From Candidatus Bathyarchaeia archaeon (lineage in GTDB: Archaea; Thermoproteota; Bathyarchaeia; Bathyarchaeales; Bathycorpusculaceae), in NCBI GenBank assembly GCA_050015395.1, contig JBEKBM010000009.1, forward strand, positions 1 through 64,000: a DNA stretch of 64,000 bases, written 5' to 3'. Numbering within the stretch: position 1 is the first letter of the stretch; each line of letters starts with the position of its first letter. A program made the position numbers and the translations under genes. The notes under the pieces are model-generated. The model had not been told where the DNA came from and did no database searches. It saw only the letters and a list, made by a program, of their open reading frames with translations. Of this stretch, positions 28,252 to 36,899 are shown in pieces.

Positions 28252-28535
28252 GCATAAACAATGTGTAAACAAATTATATAAAGAAGATGTTAACAATCTG
28301 TAAACAGCCAACAGTCTTGCGCCAACTCTTTCCTAAAAGTCGGCAGCCTAAAGCAAGAAACAAACACGCTTTCCTCTCAGGTACTCAACCTTAAAGTCGC
28401 CTAAGTCTTCCCCTGTAGCCTTAAGTAGCGCAAACAGTTCGCTAAACCTTCCCTTTTTTCACATTTTCACCGCGAGAAAACACAGATAGACGTTTGTCGA
28501 AAGAACAGCGTTTAACCATGATTTTTATGATAATT

Positions 28536-29018
28536 TTATGGCTGGAAAGTGGTAGATTCAGCTACACCTATAGTGTTTATAACCGTACATGTTACGGATT
28601 GCTGAGCCGCATAATAAACTAGTATACTGTTACCTTGCGGAGGGTCTGCAACAACTTGGTCGGGTGAATTACAATAGCTGGTGTCGCTTGCAAAGGTAAT
28701 CGTGAAAGAAGTGCCTGCTGCCACATATGCGTTCCCTAGGTCAGCATACAGATGATTACCGCTTGCTCCAGCCTCAACTATCCACAATCTGGATAACATA
28801 ATACTTGACCCCCCATCAGCCGTGACAGTAATAGTCCCAGCATTTTGTTCAATTGTAAACCTTGAATTAATCTGTTTTAGGTAAAGTTGATTTGCATCTT
28901 TGGTTGCAGCATCATGCCACAGATAGACGTTCGTAAAGAAAAATAGCAATATAACAATGAACATTATGGTACCGATCACTTCAGCTGTTCCTTTACGATT
29001 TTTTAAGATGCTTTTCAT
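28536..29018 (-). CDS. minor type IV pilin-like protein
   Basis: Class III signal RKG/TAEVIGTIMFIVI. Confidence 0.8.
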   Translation of the reverse strand: MKSILKNRKGTAEVIGTIMFIVILLFFFTNVYLWHDAATKDANQLYLKQINSRFTIEQNAGTITVTADGGSSIMLSRLWIVEAGASGNHLYADLGNAYVAAGTSFTITFASDTSYCNSPDQVVADPPQGNSILVYYAAQQSVTCTVINTIGVAESTTFQP

Positions 29019-29044
29019 ATTTCCATTTTACTCCTTACCACGTG

Positions 29045-29536
29045 TTAGTATATTGTACTTGTACCGTCAGCGGCATATTGTACTAGTACTTCAAAGTTTG
29101 AACCCCTAATTGTTACGATTTTAAAATCATAGATATTCCCGCTTTGGAAAGTCTCAGACCCGGGCAATTGGCCAGGAATAGCAACATGATTCCCGGTACC
29201 GACTAACTGGTTGAAAGCAATTGTGTTTGAGGAAGGATTAGTGAGCGCCGTGCCATTCACGTAAATCGTGGCAACTGTCAAACTAACGTCTGTTCCCAAA
29301 TTTGCTTGTGTCCCTGTATTGTACACCGTAAGCTGCACTGTTTGAGGACCTGTAATCCAAACATCCTCTATTGTCAAGGACTCCAAAACGGAGCTACCTA
29401 TTCCAGCCTTGTAGCTGTCAGCGTAAAAAATAACATAAGAAAATGCCACACTCATGCCTACCATAACGACCATTATCATCAGAATTGTTGCAATAACCGT
29501 TGAAAGACCCTTCCTATTTCTGTAAAGCTTTTTCAT
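29045..29536 (-). CDS. type IV pilin
   Basis: RKG/LSTVIATILMIMVV; VYNTG; KIVTIRGS. Confidence 0.85.
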   Translation of the reverse strand: MKKLYRNRKGLSTVIATILMIMVVMVGMSVAFSYVIFYADSYKAGIGSSVLESLTIEDVWITGPQTVQLTVYNTGTQANLGTDVSLTVATIYVNGTALTNPSSNTIAFNQLVGTGNHVAIPGQLPGSETFQSGNIYDFKIVTIRGSNFEVLVQYAADGTSTIY

Positions 29537-29540
29537 TTTT

Positions 29541-30398
29541 TCACACCCAACTCGGCGGAATTGCAAGGAAAAATATCGCGTACCCCATGACGCTTAGGAT
29601 TATGGCATGTTTTAAGCCGCCTGCTACTCTGCGTTCCCCAAGCTTTCCAGCCATCAACCCACCAGTAACCGCGGAAACCAGCATATCCTGGTAGAAGAAG
29701 CTTTTCAATCCGCTTATGCTACCCATTGTAGTTTGGCTCATGATTTGCGGAGCGCCCTGCAACGGAGCAAAGAAAGACCGGACAAGAAGGATTGCAGTGA
29801 CAATGAATATGAAAAAGGCTGCGTAAATGACGATTATGTAGGGTTTCATTTGGGCACTTGTTTCCTTATCCATGTCTTTCATTTCCTCCATGAAACCCGA
29901 TGTGGCAGTAAAAACCCTTTTGATAGTGCCTCCTGAGCGGCTTGCCTCAAGCACCAAAACGCAGAACCTGTTAACTATCGGCGAATTGATCCGCTCTTTG
30001 AAGCTGGTTAGAGCCTGTTCGAAGGATGCACCCCAAGCCATTTGAACGGTCAGCTTCTTGACTTCGTCAGACAAAGGATGCCCAATCATCTTGTTATCAA
30101 CAATTTTTTCCAACGATTTAACTAAGGTTAATCCGGTTTCCTGAGATTCCGAAACCCCACGCACAAGAGAGGGCATCTGGTCCTCTATTGCTGAAATCCA
30201 ACTCTGGTTTTCAAAGTCCAGTACGGCAGAGGGAACTATGATGACAAGCGTTGCCGCAAGGAATATTTCGTTAGCGTAAGTGGTTAGAGCATTGAAATTA
30301 GTTAAAGCAAGTATAGCAACAACTATGATAACTAAAATGGCTGAAACAGCCGCAGTCATCTGTCGTGTTTTCTTCGAGATATGACGCATTTTAGTCAC
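29541..30398 (-). CDS. T4P platform protein (TadC/ArlJ, T2SS F domain)
   Basis: IEDQMP, GASFEQAL, EASRSGG, GLKH. Confidence 0.9.
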   Translation of the reverse strand: MTKMRHISKKTRQMTAAVSAILVIIVVAILALTNFNALTTYANEIFLAATLVIIVPSAVLDFENQSWISAIEDQMPSLVRGVSESQETGLTLVKSLEKIVDNKMIGHPLSDEVKKLTVQMAWGASFEQALTSFKERINSPIVNRFCVLVLEASRSGGTIKRVFTATSGFMEEMKDMDKETSAQMKPYIIVIYAAFFIFIVTAILLVRSFFAPLQGAPQIMSQTTMGSISGLKSFFYQDMLVSAVTGGLMAGKLGERRVAGGLKHAIILSVMGYAIFFLAIPPSWV

Positions 30399-31243
30399 CT
30401 TGGAGGCGTCATTGAATCAATTATCAATAGGAGTACAGCACATCCTGCAGGCGTTATCACGAAAACTAAGAGTGTAAGCAGTACCTGCGGGTTAATGTTT
30501 CCAAGCATCGATGCGCCACCGCCCAAAAAGGACATAATTGAGAGCATAACCACAAGTGCGAGCGGAAGAGCAATCATGAAGCTAACATAGACTTCAGCCA
30601 TGCCAGCTAAGCCCTCCAAGTAGCTCTTCATCGCTGAAACTCTTACTTTTTTATACTTGTCAGCCGCTTCCCGCAAGTAGGCAGCCAAGTCTCCACCAAC
30701 ATGCGTGGTGGTCACAATGCCATCAAGCATTGCTCCGAACTTTTGTGACGCTGACCTCAAAGAACCTTTCTTCAAGGCTTCATTAAGGTCTAAACCTAAC
30801 AATTCAATGTCGCCAATTATTCTGCGTATTTCTTCACCTAATCCAAATTCGTCTCCAACGTTACCTAATGAACGGAAAATTCGCTCAGGCGGCATACCGG
30901 CACTGGCAAGAACTGCCATGAAGTTTGCTGTAAGCGGAAGGTTCGCGTCTATTTTCCTTGCCTTTGAAGAGATACCGAACATGGGGTAAATGTAGCAAAG
31001 GCCAAATGAAGAAAGAAGGACAATTAAACCAATTAAGATAGAAAATGGAATGGAAGACAATAGAAGTATTGCTAACGAGAAAGCTACAATCCCTGAAAGA
31101 AGTGATGTGAAAACCATTAATCCCATGTAAACTTGGAAGGTAATCTTCAAGTTAGCTTTAGCCAGGTTTTGTTGTAAACCGTCAAACTTGGAAAGAATGC
31201 TCTTTGGTATCTTGTCGAATATTCGTAGAGACACGCTTAGCAA
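30395..31243 (-). CDS. T4P platform protein (TadC/ArlJ, T2SS F domain)
   Basis: IDANLP..FMAVLASAG, GLDLNEAL, GGDL. Confidence 0.9.
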   Translation of the reverse strand: MLSVSLRIFDKIPKSILSKFDGLQQNLAKANLKITFQVYMGLMVFTSLLSGIVAFSLAILLLSSIPFSILIGLIVLLSSFGLCYIYPMFGISSKARKIDANLPLTANFMAVLASAGMPPERIFRSLGNVGDEFGLGEEIRRIIGDIELLGLDLNEALKKGSLRSASQKFGAMLDGIVTTTHVGGDLAAYLREAADKYKKVRVSAMKSYLEGLAGMAEVYVSFMIALPLALVVMLSIMSFLGGGASMLGNINPQVLLTLLVFVITPAGCAVLLLIIDSMTPPR

Positions 31244-31247
31244 CGTT

Positions 31248-32900
31248 TTATTCGTTGTTTAGAGCCTCCTTTAATATGGGCTCGGGGTTTTCCAAGTAAC
31301 TTCGGATTATGTTTGAGACGTCTTTGTAGTTGCGCACATTGTTCTTAACCATCCACTGGATCACTTTAGCTCTACGTTGGATTTCTTCGCTTGCTTCTTC
31401 TGGAGTCATCCCTGTTTTTTCAGCTACCTTTTCTAGAATGTAACTTCTACCTGTAAAATCGAAACTATCTTGCGCAGAATTCCATCTATAAACTTCATTT
31501 GTCAGAATTTCTCCAGACCGTGGATCTAAACCCACTATTTCTGAGGTGGTAACTGTTTTCCTCACAGGTTTGCCGTTTAATTCGACTCGTTTTTGAACAA
31601 GAATTATGTCTATTCCAGCGATAAGTGTTCTTGGAATATTCATCGGCGCTGACTCTAACCTGTACACAGTTGACTCAACTGATTCTGCATGAACCGTTGA
31701 CATTCCAAGGTGACCTGTACTTACAGCTTGGAACAGCGTGTAAGCTTCTGCTCCTCTGATTTCACCTACGATTATATAATCAGGTCTCTGTCTAAGTGCG
31801 GCTTTAAGCAGATCGAAAAGGGTGATATCCGCTGTCTCTGTTGCAAGCCCGAAATGAGTTCTTGTAGTAGCGGGAATCCAGTTTTCATGTGGAAGATTCA
31901 GTTCAGGGGTGTCTTCAATGGAGACAACCTTCAAGTCTGGCTTAATAAACATGCTCAAACAATTTAGCAATGTCGTTTTACCAGCCGCTATTCCTCCTGC
32001 CACCAAAATCGAAACCCGGTTTTCTACCGCATACCAGAAGAAAGCAGCCATCTCTGGCGAGAGAGACTTGAAAGTAACAAGGTCTGTGACTGTGAAAGGG
32101 TCGAGTTTGAATTTTCTTATGGTAAAAGTTGAGCCTTTACGGGTAACTTCGCTTCCATATGTTAAGTTAATTCTGCTGCCATCCGGCAAGGATGCATCAA
32201 GCAGTGGTTGCGCTATTGACACATGGCTTCCGCAAAGGTAAGCAAGTCTTAGTGCATAAGTGTCAAGTTCTTCGGCTGTTTCAAAACGAAGGGTTGTTGG
32301 GATAGATTCAAATTTTCTGTGCCAAATGTAAATGGGCACGTTGACTCCATCGCAGGAAATATCCTCGATTAATGGATCATGCATAAGCGCGTCTATTTTT
32401 CCGAAACCAAGATTATCCCTGATGACATAATAGAGCAACTTACTAAGAGTGTCTGGGTCTAAGCTGAAATGGTAATTATCGAATATTTCATTGCTCTTCT
32501 TTACCAGGTATTCTCCAGCGGCCTGCTTTGATTGCAGCTCTTTTGGTTTAAACTCTAACACTTCGTTTAAAATCCCTTTCAGGCGCCCAAGACTTGTCAG
32601 ATCGGTCTTGTTGAGCTTTGGTTCTTCCACAACATATGTAATGTTGCCTCTGAGCATGTCACGAGTAACTTGAACAGAAGCATAAGGCGCATTAAGCATA
32701 TAACTTTCTAGAACAGTAACATCTTTAATGGGAGCCTGCACCTCAGCTTTGGGTCCTCCATGCTCAAGGCTTTGATTATCCAGATTAGAAGAAAGTGAAG
32801 TCTCCACAACATTATTTTCCATAACTGTATTCTGCGTAATACTTGAAGACTTCTTTCGATTAAACAGTCTTATCTGTTTGTTGAATACCATAAATATCAA
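31248..32900 (-). CDS. type II/IV secretion ATPase (ArlI/TadA family)
   Basis: IEDISCDG, TFTIRKF, GGIAAGKTT, LRQRPDYIIVGEIRG, TGH..STVHA. Confidence 0.95.
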   Translation of the reverse strand: MIFMVFNKQIRLFNRKKSSSITQNTVMENNVVETSLSSNLDNQSLEHGGPKAEVQAPIKDVTVLESYMLNAPYASVQVTRDMLRGNITYVVEEPKLNKTDLTSLGRLKGILNEVLEFKPKELQSKQAAGEYLVKKSNEIFDNYHFSLDPDTLSKLLYYVIRDNLGFGKIDALMHDPLIEDISCDGVNVPIYIWHRKFESIPTTLRFETAEELDTYALRLAYLCGSHVSIAQPLLDASLPDGSRINLTYGSEVTRKGSTFTIRKFKLDPFTVTDLVTFKSLSPEMAAFFWYAVENRVSILVAGGIAAGKTTLLNCLSMFIKPDLKVVSIEDTPELNLPHENWIPATTRTHFGLATETADITLFDLLKAALRQRPDYIIVGEIRGAEAYTLFQAVSTGHLGMSTVHAESVESTVYRLESAPMNIPRTLIAGIDIILVQKRVELNGKPVRKTVTTSEIVGLDPRSGEILTNEVYRWNSAQDSFDFTGRSYILEKVAEKTGMTPEEASEEIQRRAKVIQWMVKNNVRNYKDVSNIIRSYLENPEPILKEALNNE

Positions 32901-32967
32901 TCTTCATTTATGCTGTAAACTAAAAAAGAAAAAAGGATAGAAATGGAAAAAGCGTTTTAAAACTTGT

Positions 32968-33414
32968 TTAAGGAGCCTGTTGAGTTATTTGGCTGTATGT
33001 TCCGCCTTGCGTGGTTACTTTAATTGTAACCGTCTGTCCAGACGTTAACGAGGTTCCAGATGTTGGGTCGGTAATTATTGCAGTAGTTCCCGGGGCTAAC
33101 GAAGTTGTTGGAGTTGTAGCACCTGCATCAAGCAAACCATTGACGTAAAGACATTGAGCGGGAACTATCGTGATAGTAGTACTACCAACATTTTGTAGAT
33201 ATACAGTCGCGACTTTTTCAGTGGGGGACGTACCAGAGAAAACAACACTTTGAATTTGTACTGCATCGCCTGTCTTACCAGTTTGGTAGCCTATGTAACC
33301 CATTACCCAAGCGTAGACTACAAGTGAGGCTACGACTGCAATGGCAATCATCAATAGTACCGAAATTATTGGCGAGATCGCTTTTACATTTTTACGGATT
33401 TTACGAAAAATCAT
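32968..33414 (-). CDS. probable major type IV pilin
   Basis: Start revised to ATG 33414; KA/ISPIISVLLMIAIAVVASLVVYAWVMGYIG; first gene of the pilus operon. Confidence 0.88.
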   Translation of the reverse strand: MIFRKIRKNVKAISPIISVLLMIAIAVVASLVVYAWVMGYIGYQTGKTGDAVQIQSVVFSGTSPTEKVATVYLQNVGSTTITIVPAQCLYVNGLLDAGATTPTTSLAPGTTAIITDPTSGTSLTSGQTVTIKVTTQGGTYSQITQQAP

Positions 33415-33646
33415 TTTAGAAAGCACTCCTTTCTTAAGGAAACTTTCGGGCGCTTGCTTAAAAAGCGGTATGCAACAATCTTCCACCTGAATTTTTATAA
33501 GACTAACAACGAAACATTGCTTAGAAGAGCCGACACTTACAGTAACTGTAATAAAAGTTTGGAGAAACCATAGATTATTGCGCCTTTGTTGCGGTTGAAA
33601 AAGGTTATAACTAAAATCGTTTAAAATATAGAGAAGGAAGCCAAGC

Positions 33647-34297
33647 ATGAAACTTGTTAAAACAGGAATCGCAGGTCTCGACGAATTCTTAACTGGAGGT
33701 CTACCGCCTAAAATACTGCTTCTGACAGGCTTGCCTGGCTCGGGAAATGAAGTCTTTGCCAGACAAATCGCCTACGCGCGAGCAAAGCAGATCGGGGTAA
33801 CATACTTTACTGTAAATGTAAGCTCCGATAACGTGAAAGAAGATATGGCCGCCTACAACTGGGATATCGCACCGCTAGAAGCCAACGGAAACTGGAAGTT
33901 CGAAACTTTAACAAAATCCGACAATCTGGTAGAAACCGTAATTGAAGAAGTGAGAGAACATCGAACAATCATTATAGATTCACTTTCCGAAGTGCTCTTA
34001 ACCCGGAAAATCGAAGAAGCCATCAACCTACTCACCGCAATGTCCCGTCAAAACAAAGACAGCGAAGAATACCACTTGCTTCTCTTAACTGAAGGGATGC
34101 AAGACCAAAAAGCTGAAACCGCAATGCAACACTTCGCCGACGGCGTAATATTATTCAACACAACCTGGACAACAGATACTACACATCGAGATATCATGGT
34201 AAAGAAGATGAAAGGCACCTTTGTTCCTTCACGAAGTCTGCCGTATACAATCGGCAAAAAAGGGTTTCTCATAGAAACAGCAACTAGAATAACATAA
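33647..34297 (+). CDS. KaiC/RAD55-like ATPase with degenerate Walker A
   Basis: KTGIAGLDEFL.GGLP, GLPGSGNE, IIIDSLS, ADGVI, VKKMKG. Confidence 0.85.
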   Translation: MKLVKTGIAGLDEFLTGGLPPKILLLTGLPGSGNEVFARQIAYARAKQIGVTYFTVNVSSDNVKEDMAAYNWDIAPLEANGNWKFETLTKSDNLVETVIEEVREHRTIIIDSLSEVLLTRKIEEAINLLTAMSRQNKDSEEYHLLLLTEGMQDQKAETAMQHFADGVILFNTTWTTDTTHRDIMVKKMKGTFVPSRSLPYTIGKKGFLIETATRIT

Positions 34298-34422
34298 CAA
34301 ACCTGCCTTCAAAGCGCAAAATTCAAGATACCTACAATCATTAGCATAGATTCATAATGCTTTTATCAAGAAAATTTTATAAAGAAAAACAGTACATATC
34401 CCCCTCGGCGGATGGCAATACA

Positions 34423-34629
34423 ATGAAGGCAATTCATAGCAACTGGACCGAACTCTTCCAGGATTGCATGATGATAATTTTTGTATGCGGAACAATCGGT
34501 ATAGCGCTAAAATTCATAACATTTTTCAATCAATGGGTTTATTTCCCATCTTTCCCAAACATGCTGGATTCAGCATTCCTCATCTCCGCAGTTATGTACT
34601 TTACCTGGAAATCATTTAAACGCAAATAA
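34423..34629 (+). CDS. small membrane protein
   Basis: Two hydrophobic segments; start uncertain. Confidence 0.45.
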   Translation: MKAIHSNWTELFQDCMMIIFVCGTIGIALKFITFFNQWVYFPSFPNMLDSAFLISAVMYFTWKSFKRK

Positions 34630-34694
34630 CCTCACACAGAAAGTTTAAAAACAACTTCAAGCATACTACCGTATAGATATATATTCTACAAGCG

Positions 34695-35066
34695 GTGGAG
34701 CGCTTGAAAAGAGCCTTAATTTTTGAGAACAGAAGAAATCATCTACAAGTCTTATACGACATTCTTGAACTATGTAAAATGCCTCAGGCAAAAACCTACA
34801 TTTTACGCAACACAAACACAAGTTTCAAGTTGCTTGAGAGCTACCTGCTACAACTTCAAACATCAGATCTTCTGGAACTGCAACCTAAAACAAAAAAGTA
34901 CTTGACAACCAAAGAGGGACAAAAATTTATTGAAGCATGGATAAAGCTTAAAACAATGCTTTATCCCCAAGAAATCCCTGTCCTCACCAAAAATAAAAAA
35001 TGCACTATACACAACAATCAGTTCATCGCAGTACCGGCTAATAATACCAATTACGTGACCCATTGA
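34695..35066 (+). CDS. winged-helix regulator (HTH_45/ArnR1-like)
   Basis: RRNHLQVLYDIL...KTYI...YL..L....LL...YLTTKEG..F. Confidence 0.75.
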   Translation: MERLKRALIFENRRNHLQVLYDILELCKMPQAKTYILRNTNTSFKLLESYLLQLQTSDLLELQPKTKKYLTTKEGQKFIEAWIKLKTMLYPQEIPVLTKNKKCTIHNNQFIAVPANNTNYVTH

Positions 35067-35160
35067 AAAAAGAAAAAGCTCTTGATTAACTTAATTTTCA
35101 TAGTTTCATGGATGCTTAGAGCTATGAGCATGAATGGTCAGCGAAAGAAAAACCGTTTTT

Positions 35161-35334
35161 TGTTTATAGGAGGGTTTTTTGGTGCTGCCCTTTAACGGCG
35201 TCGTATACTTTTTTGGTTGTGTAGCCTGAGAAACTTAACAGATTAGCGGTCGAAGCATCTTTCGCGTCTTGGTTTACGCCTTTCTCGATAAGCGGCATAG
35301 CTTTTACCCTGCGCTCACACCATTTATCTTCAGA
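35161..35334 (-). repeat. duplicate of the polB2 3' end (direct repeat of 36897-37088)
   Basis: 35161-35258 matches 36897-36994 with 2 mismatches, then an 18-bp deletion and a more diverged stretch. Confidence 0.93.
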
Positions 35335-35339
35335 TTCAA

Positions 35340-36611
35340 TTACTTCAGAAACCATTTCCATGCGGGTGTCACCCTGATGACTTTGCCGTTTCGTTCAATA
35401 TTTTTCTCTTCATCGAAGGTTACCACGGTAAGGTTGCCGCAGGTCAGCTTCTCACTTGCCTCCAAAAGCGAATTAGTTTCTCTTGCGTACGTTTTTGGAT
35501 CGTTTATGCTGTAGCAGACTTGGATGAGCTCACATGCCTTGTTTTCTTTAGTCAGCACAAAATCTATATCAGTTGACTTAGTCTTATAGTAGTGAACGTT
35601 CTCTCGCCGTCTCATCAACTCTACAAGGACAGCATTTTCGAGCTCTTTTCCCTTGTCTGAGTCAAAAAGCCCTAATATTCCAGAGTCTGAAACGTAGAGC
35701 TTTGGTTTGGTGTTTCTTTCTTTTATCTTTCTCGAGTATGGATATATCAGGAAGAAAAGGAATGCGGACTGTGCGTAATTAAGATAATTGAGCGCCGTCA
35801 CACTACTTATTTTTGTTCCCTGCGATTCAAACCAACCAACTATTGCGGGAATTGATACGTTTCTACAGGCTGAACCGAAGAGCGAATTTATGAAAGCTCT
35901 GAAGACAGCAGTTTTTCTTATGCCATACTTCTCTATGAGATCCCGCTGTATCACAGTAGCGTATAACTCGGAGAGCAATATATGCTTCAAAACAGGATCC
36001 TCACTTTTTACAATCTCTGGGTACCCACCGAAGTCCAAGAACTCAGACAAAGCTCCAACGATCCTGCCAGTCTCACCTGCTTTCATGTATTCTTCTGGCG
36101 TTATTCTCTTTGACCTAAGGTACTCCCTGAACGAAAAAGGCAGAAGCAGGGTGTTAATAGCCCTACCGCGCAGTTCCGAAGGCAATTTGTCTAATGATAA
36201 ATCCGAGGTTGATCCTGTTATAAAGATCTTGTATCTTCGTTGATCAAAGAGGGTCCTGAGCCACTTGGACCAGTTGGGAAAAGACTGTACTTCATCAATG
36301 AAGAGATAGATGCCCTTTGTCTCATCCGGTTTGTACACGCGATACATGACTTCTTCCAATCGGCTCAGATCATTTACAGTTATTCCGACAAAATCTATGT
36401 CCTCACAGTTGACGAATACTTTGTTGCTTTTCTCAATGTCAAGACTCTTCATGTACAAAAGCATCAAAGATGTTTTGCCAGATCGTCTTGGTCCTATTAT
36501 GGCATTGATAAAATTCCTCTCTCTCAAAATAACATCTCTCGCAACCAACTCGATGTTTTTTGAATAATCGACATATCTTACGAGCGCATTCTCTAAATTC
36601 ATATTGATCAC
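35340..36611 (-). CDS. AAA+ ATPase, AAA_14/DUF4143 family
   Basis: GPRRSGKT, LFIDEVQ, TGS, LRGR, PFSFREY, GGYPE, KLY..D.G, ENAV, IQVC. Confidence 0.92.
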   Translation of the reverse strand: MINMNLENALVRYVDYSKNIELVARDVILRERNFINAIIGPRRSGKTSLMLLYMKSLDIEKSNKVFVNCEDIDFVGITVNDLSRLEEVMYRVYKPDETKGIYLFIDEVQSFPNWSKWLRTLFDQRRYKIFITGSTSDLSLDKLPSELRGRAINTLLLPFSFREYLRSKRITPEEYMKAGETGRIVGALSEFLDFGGYPEIVKSEDPVLKHILLSELYATVIQRDLIEKYGIRKTAVFRAFINSLFGSACRNVSIPAIVGWFESQGTKISSVTALNYLNYAQSAFLFFLIYPYSRKIKERNTKPKLYVSDSGILGLFDSDKGKELENAVLVELMRRRENVHYYKTKSTDIDFVLTKENKACELIQVCYSINDPKTYARETNSLLEASEKLTCGNLTVVTFDEEKNIERNGKVIRVTPAWKWFLK

Positions 36612-36899
36612 GACCTCAATTATCTAAGCTACTACTTTATTATTTTATTTAATTAACTAATTAGTAATTTCCTATTTATAAGATTTAGGAAAATAATTAG
36701 GCAGAAATCTAACAGCATCGTTCACCAAGAGCAAATGAAGCACATCAGTACATATGGGTTTCAACGAAGAGACAAAATCGATTTACAGAAACATAACCGT
36801 GAAAAAGTAGACCCAAAAAACAACACCACATCAAATCAACCGAACGATTTGGACTACATGCTACCACGCAAGAGTATTTGCCCCAAGAAAACTGTTTGT

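Noticed and set aside
23080-33414. pilE/pilS-style silent cassettes or a shufflon among pilins
   Set aside because: Shared N-termini differ at many synonymous positions, each gene has its own start, and no recombinase or inversion sites were seen
28536-33414. Archaellum operon
   Set aside because: Pilins lack archaellin signatures, no arlF/arlG recognised, and there are two separate TadC-like genes; fits a type IV pilus
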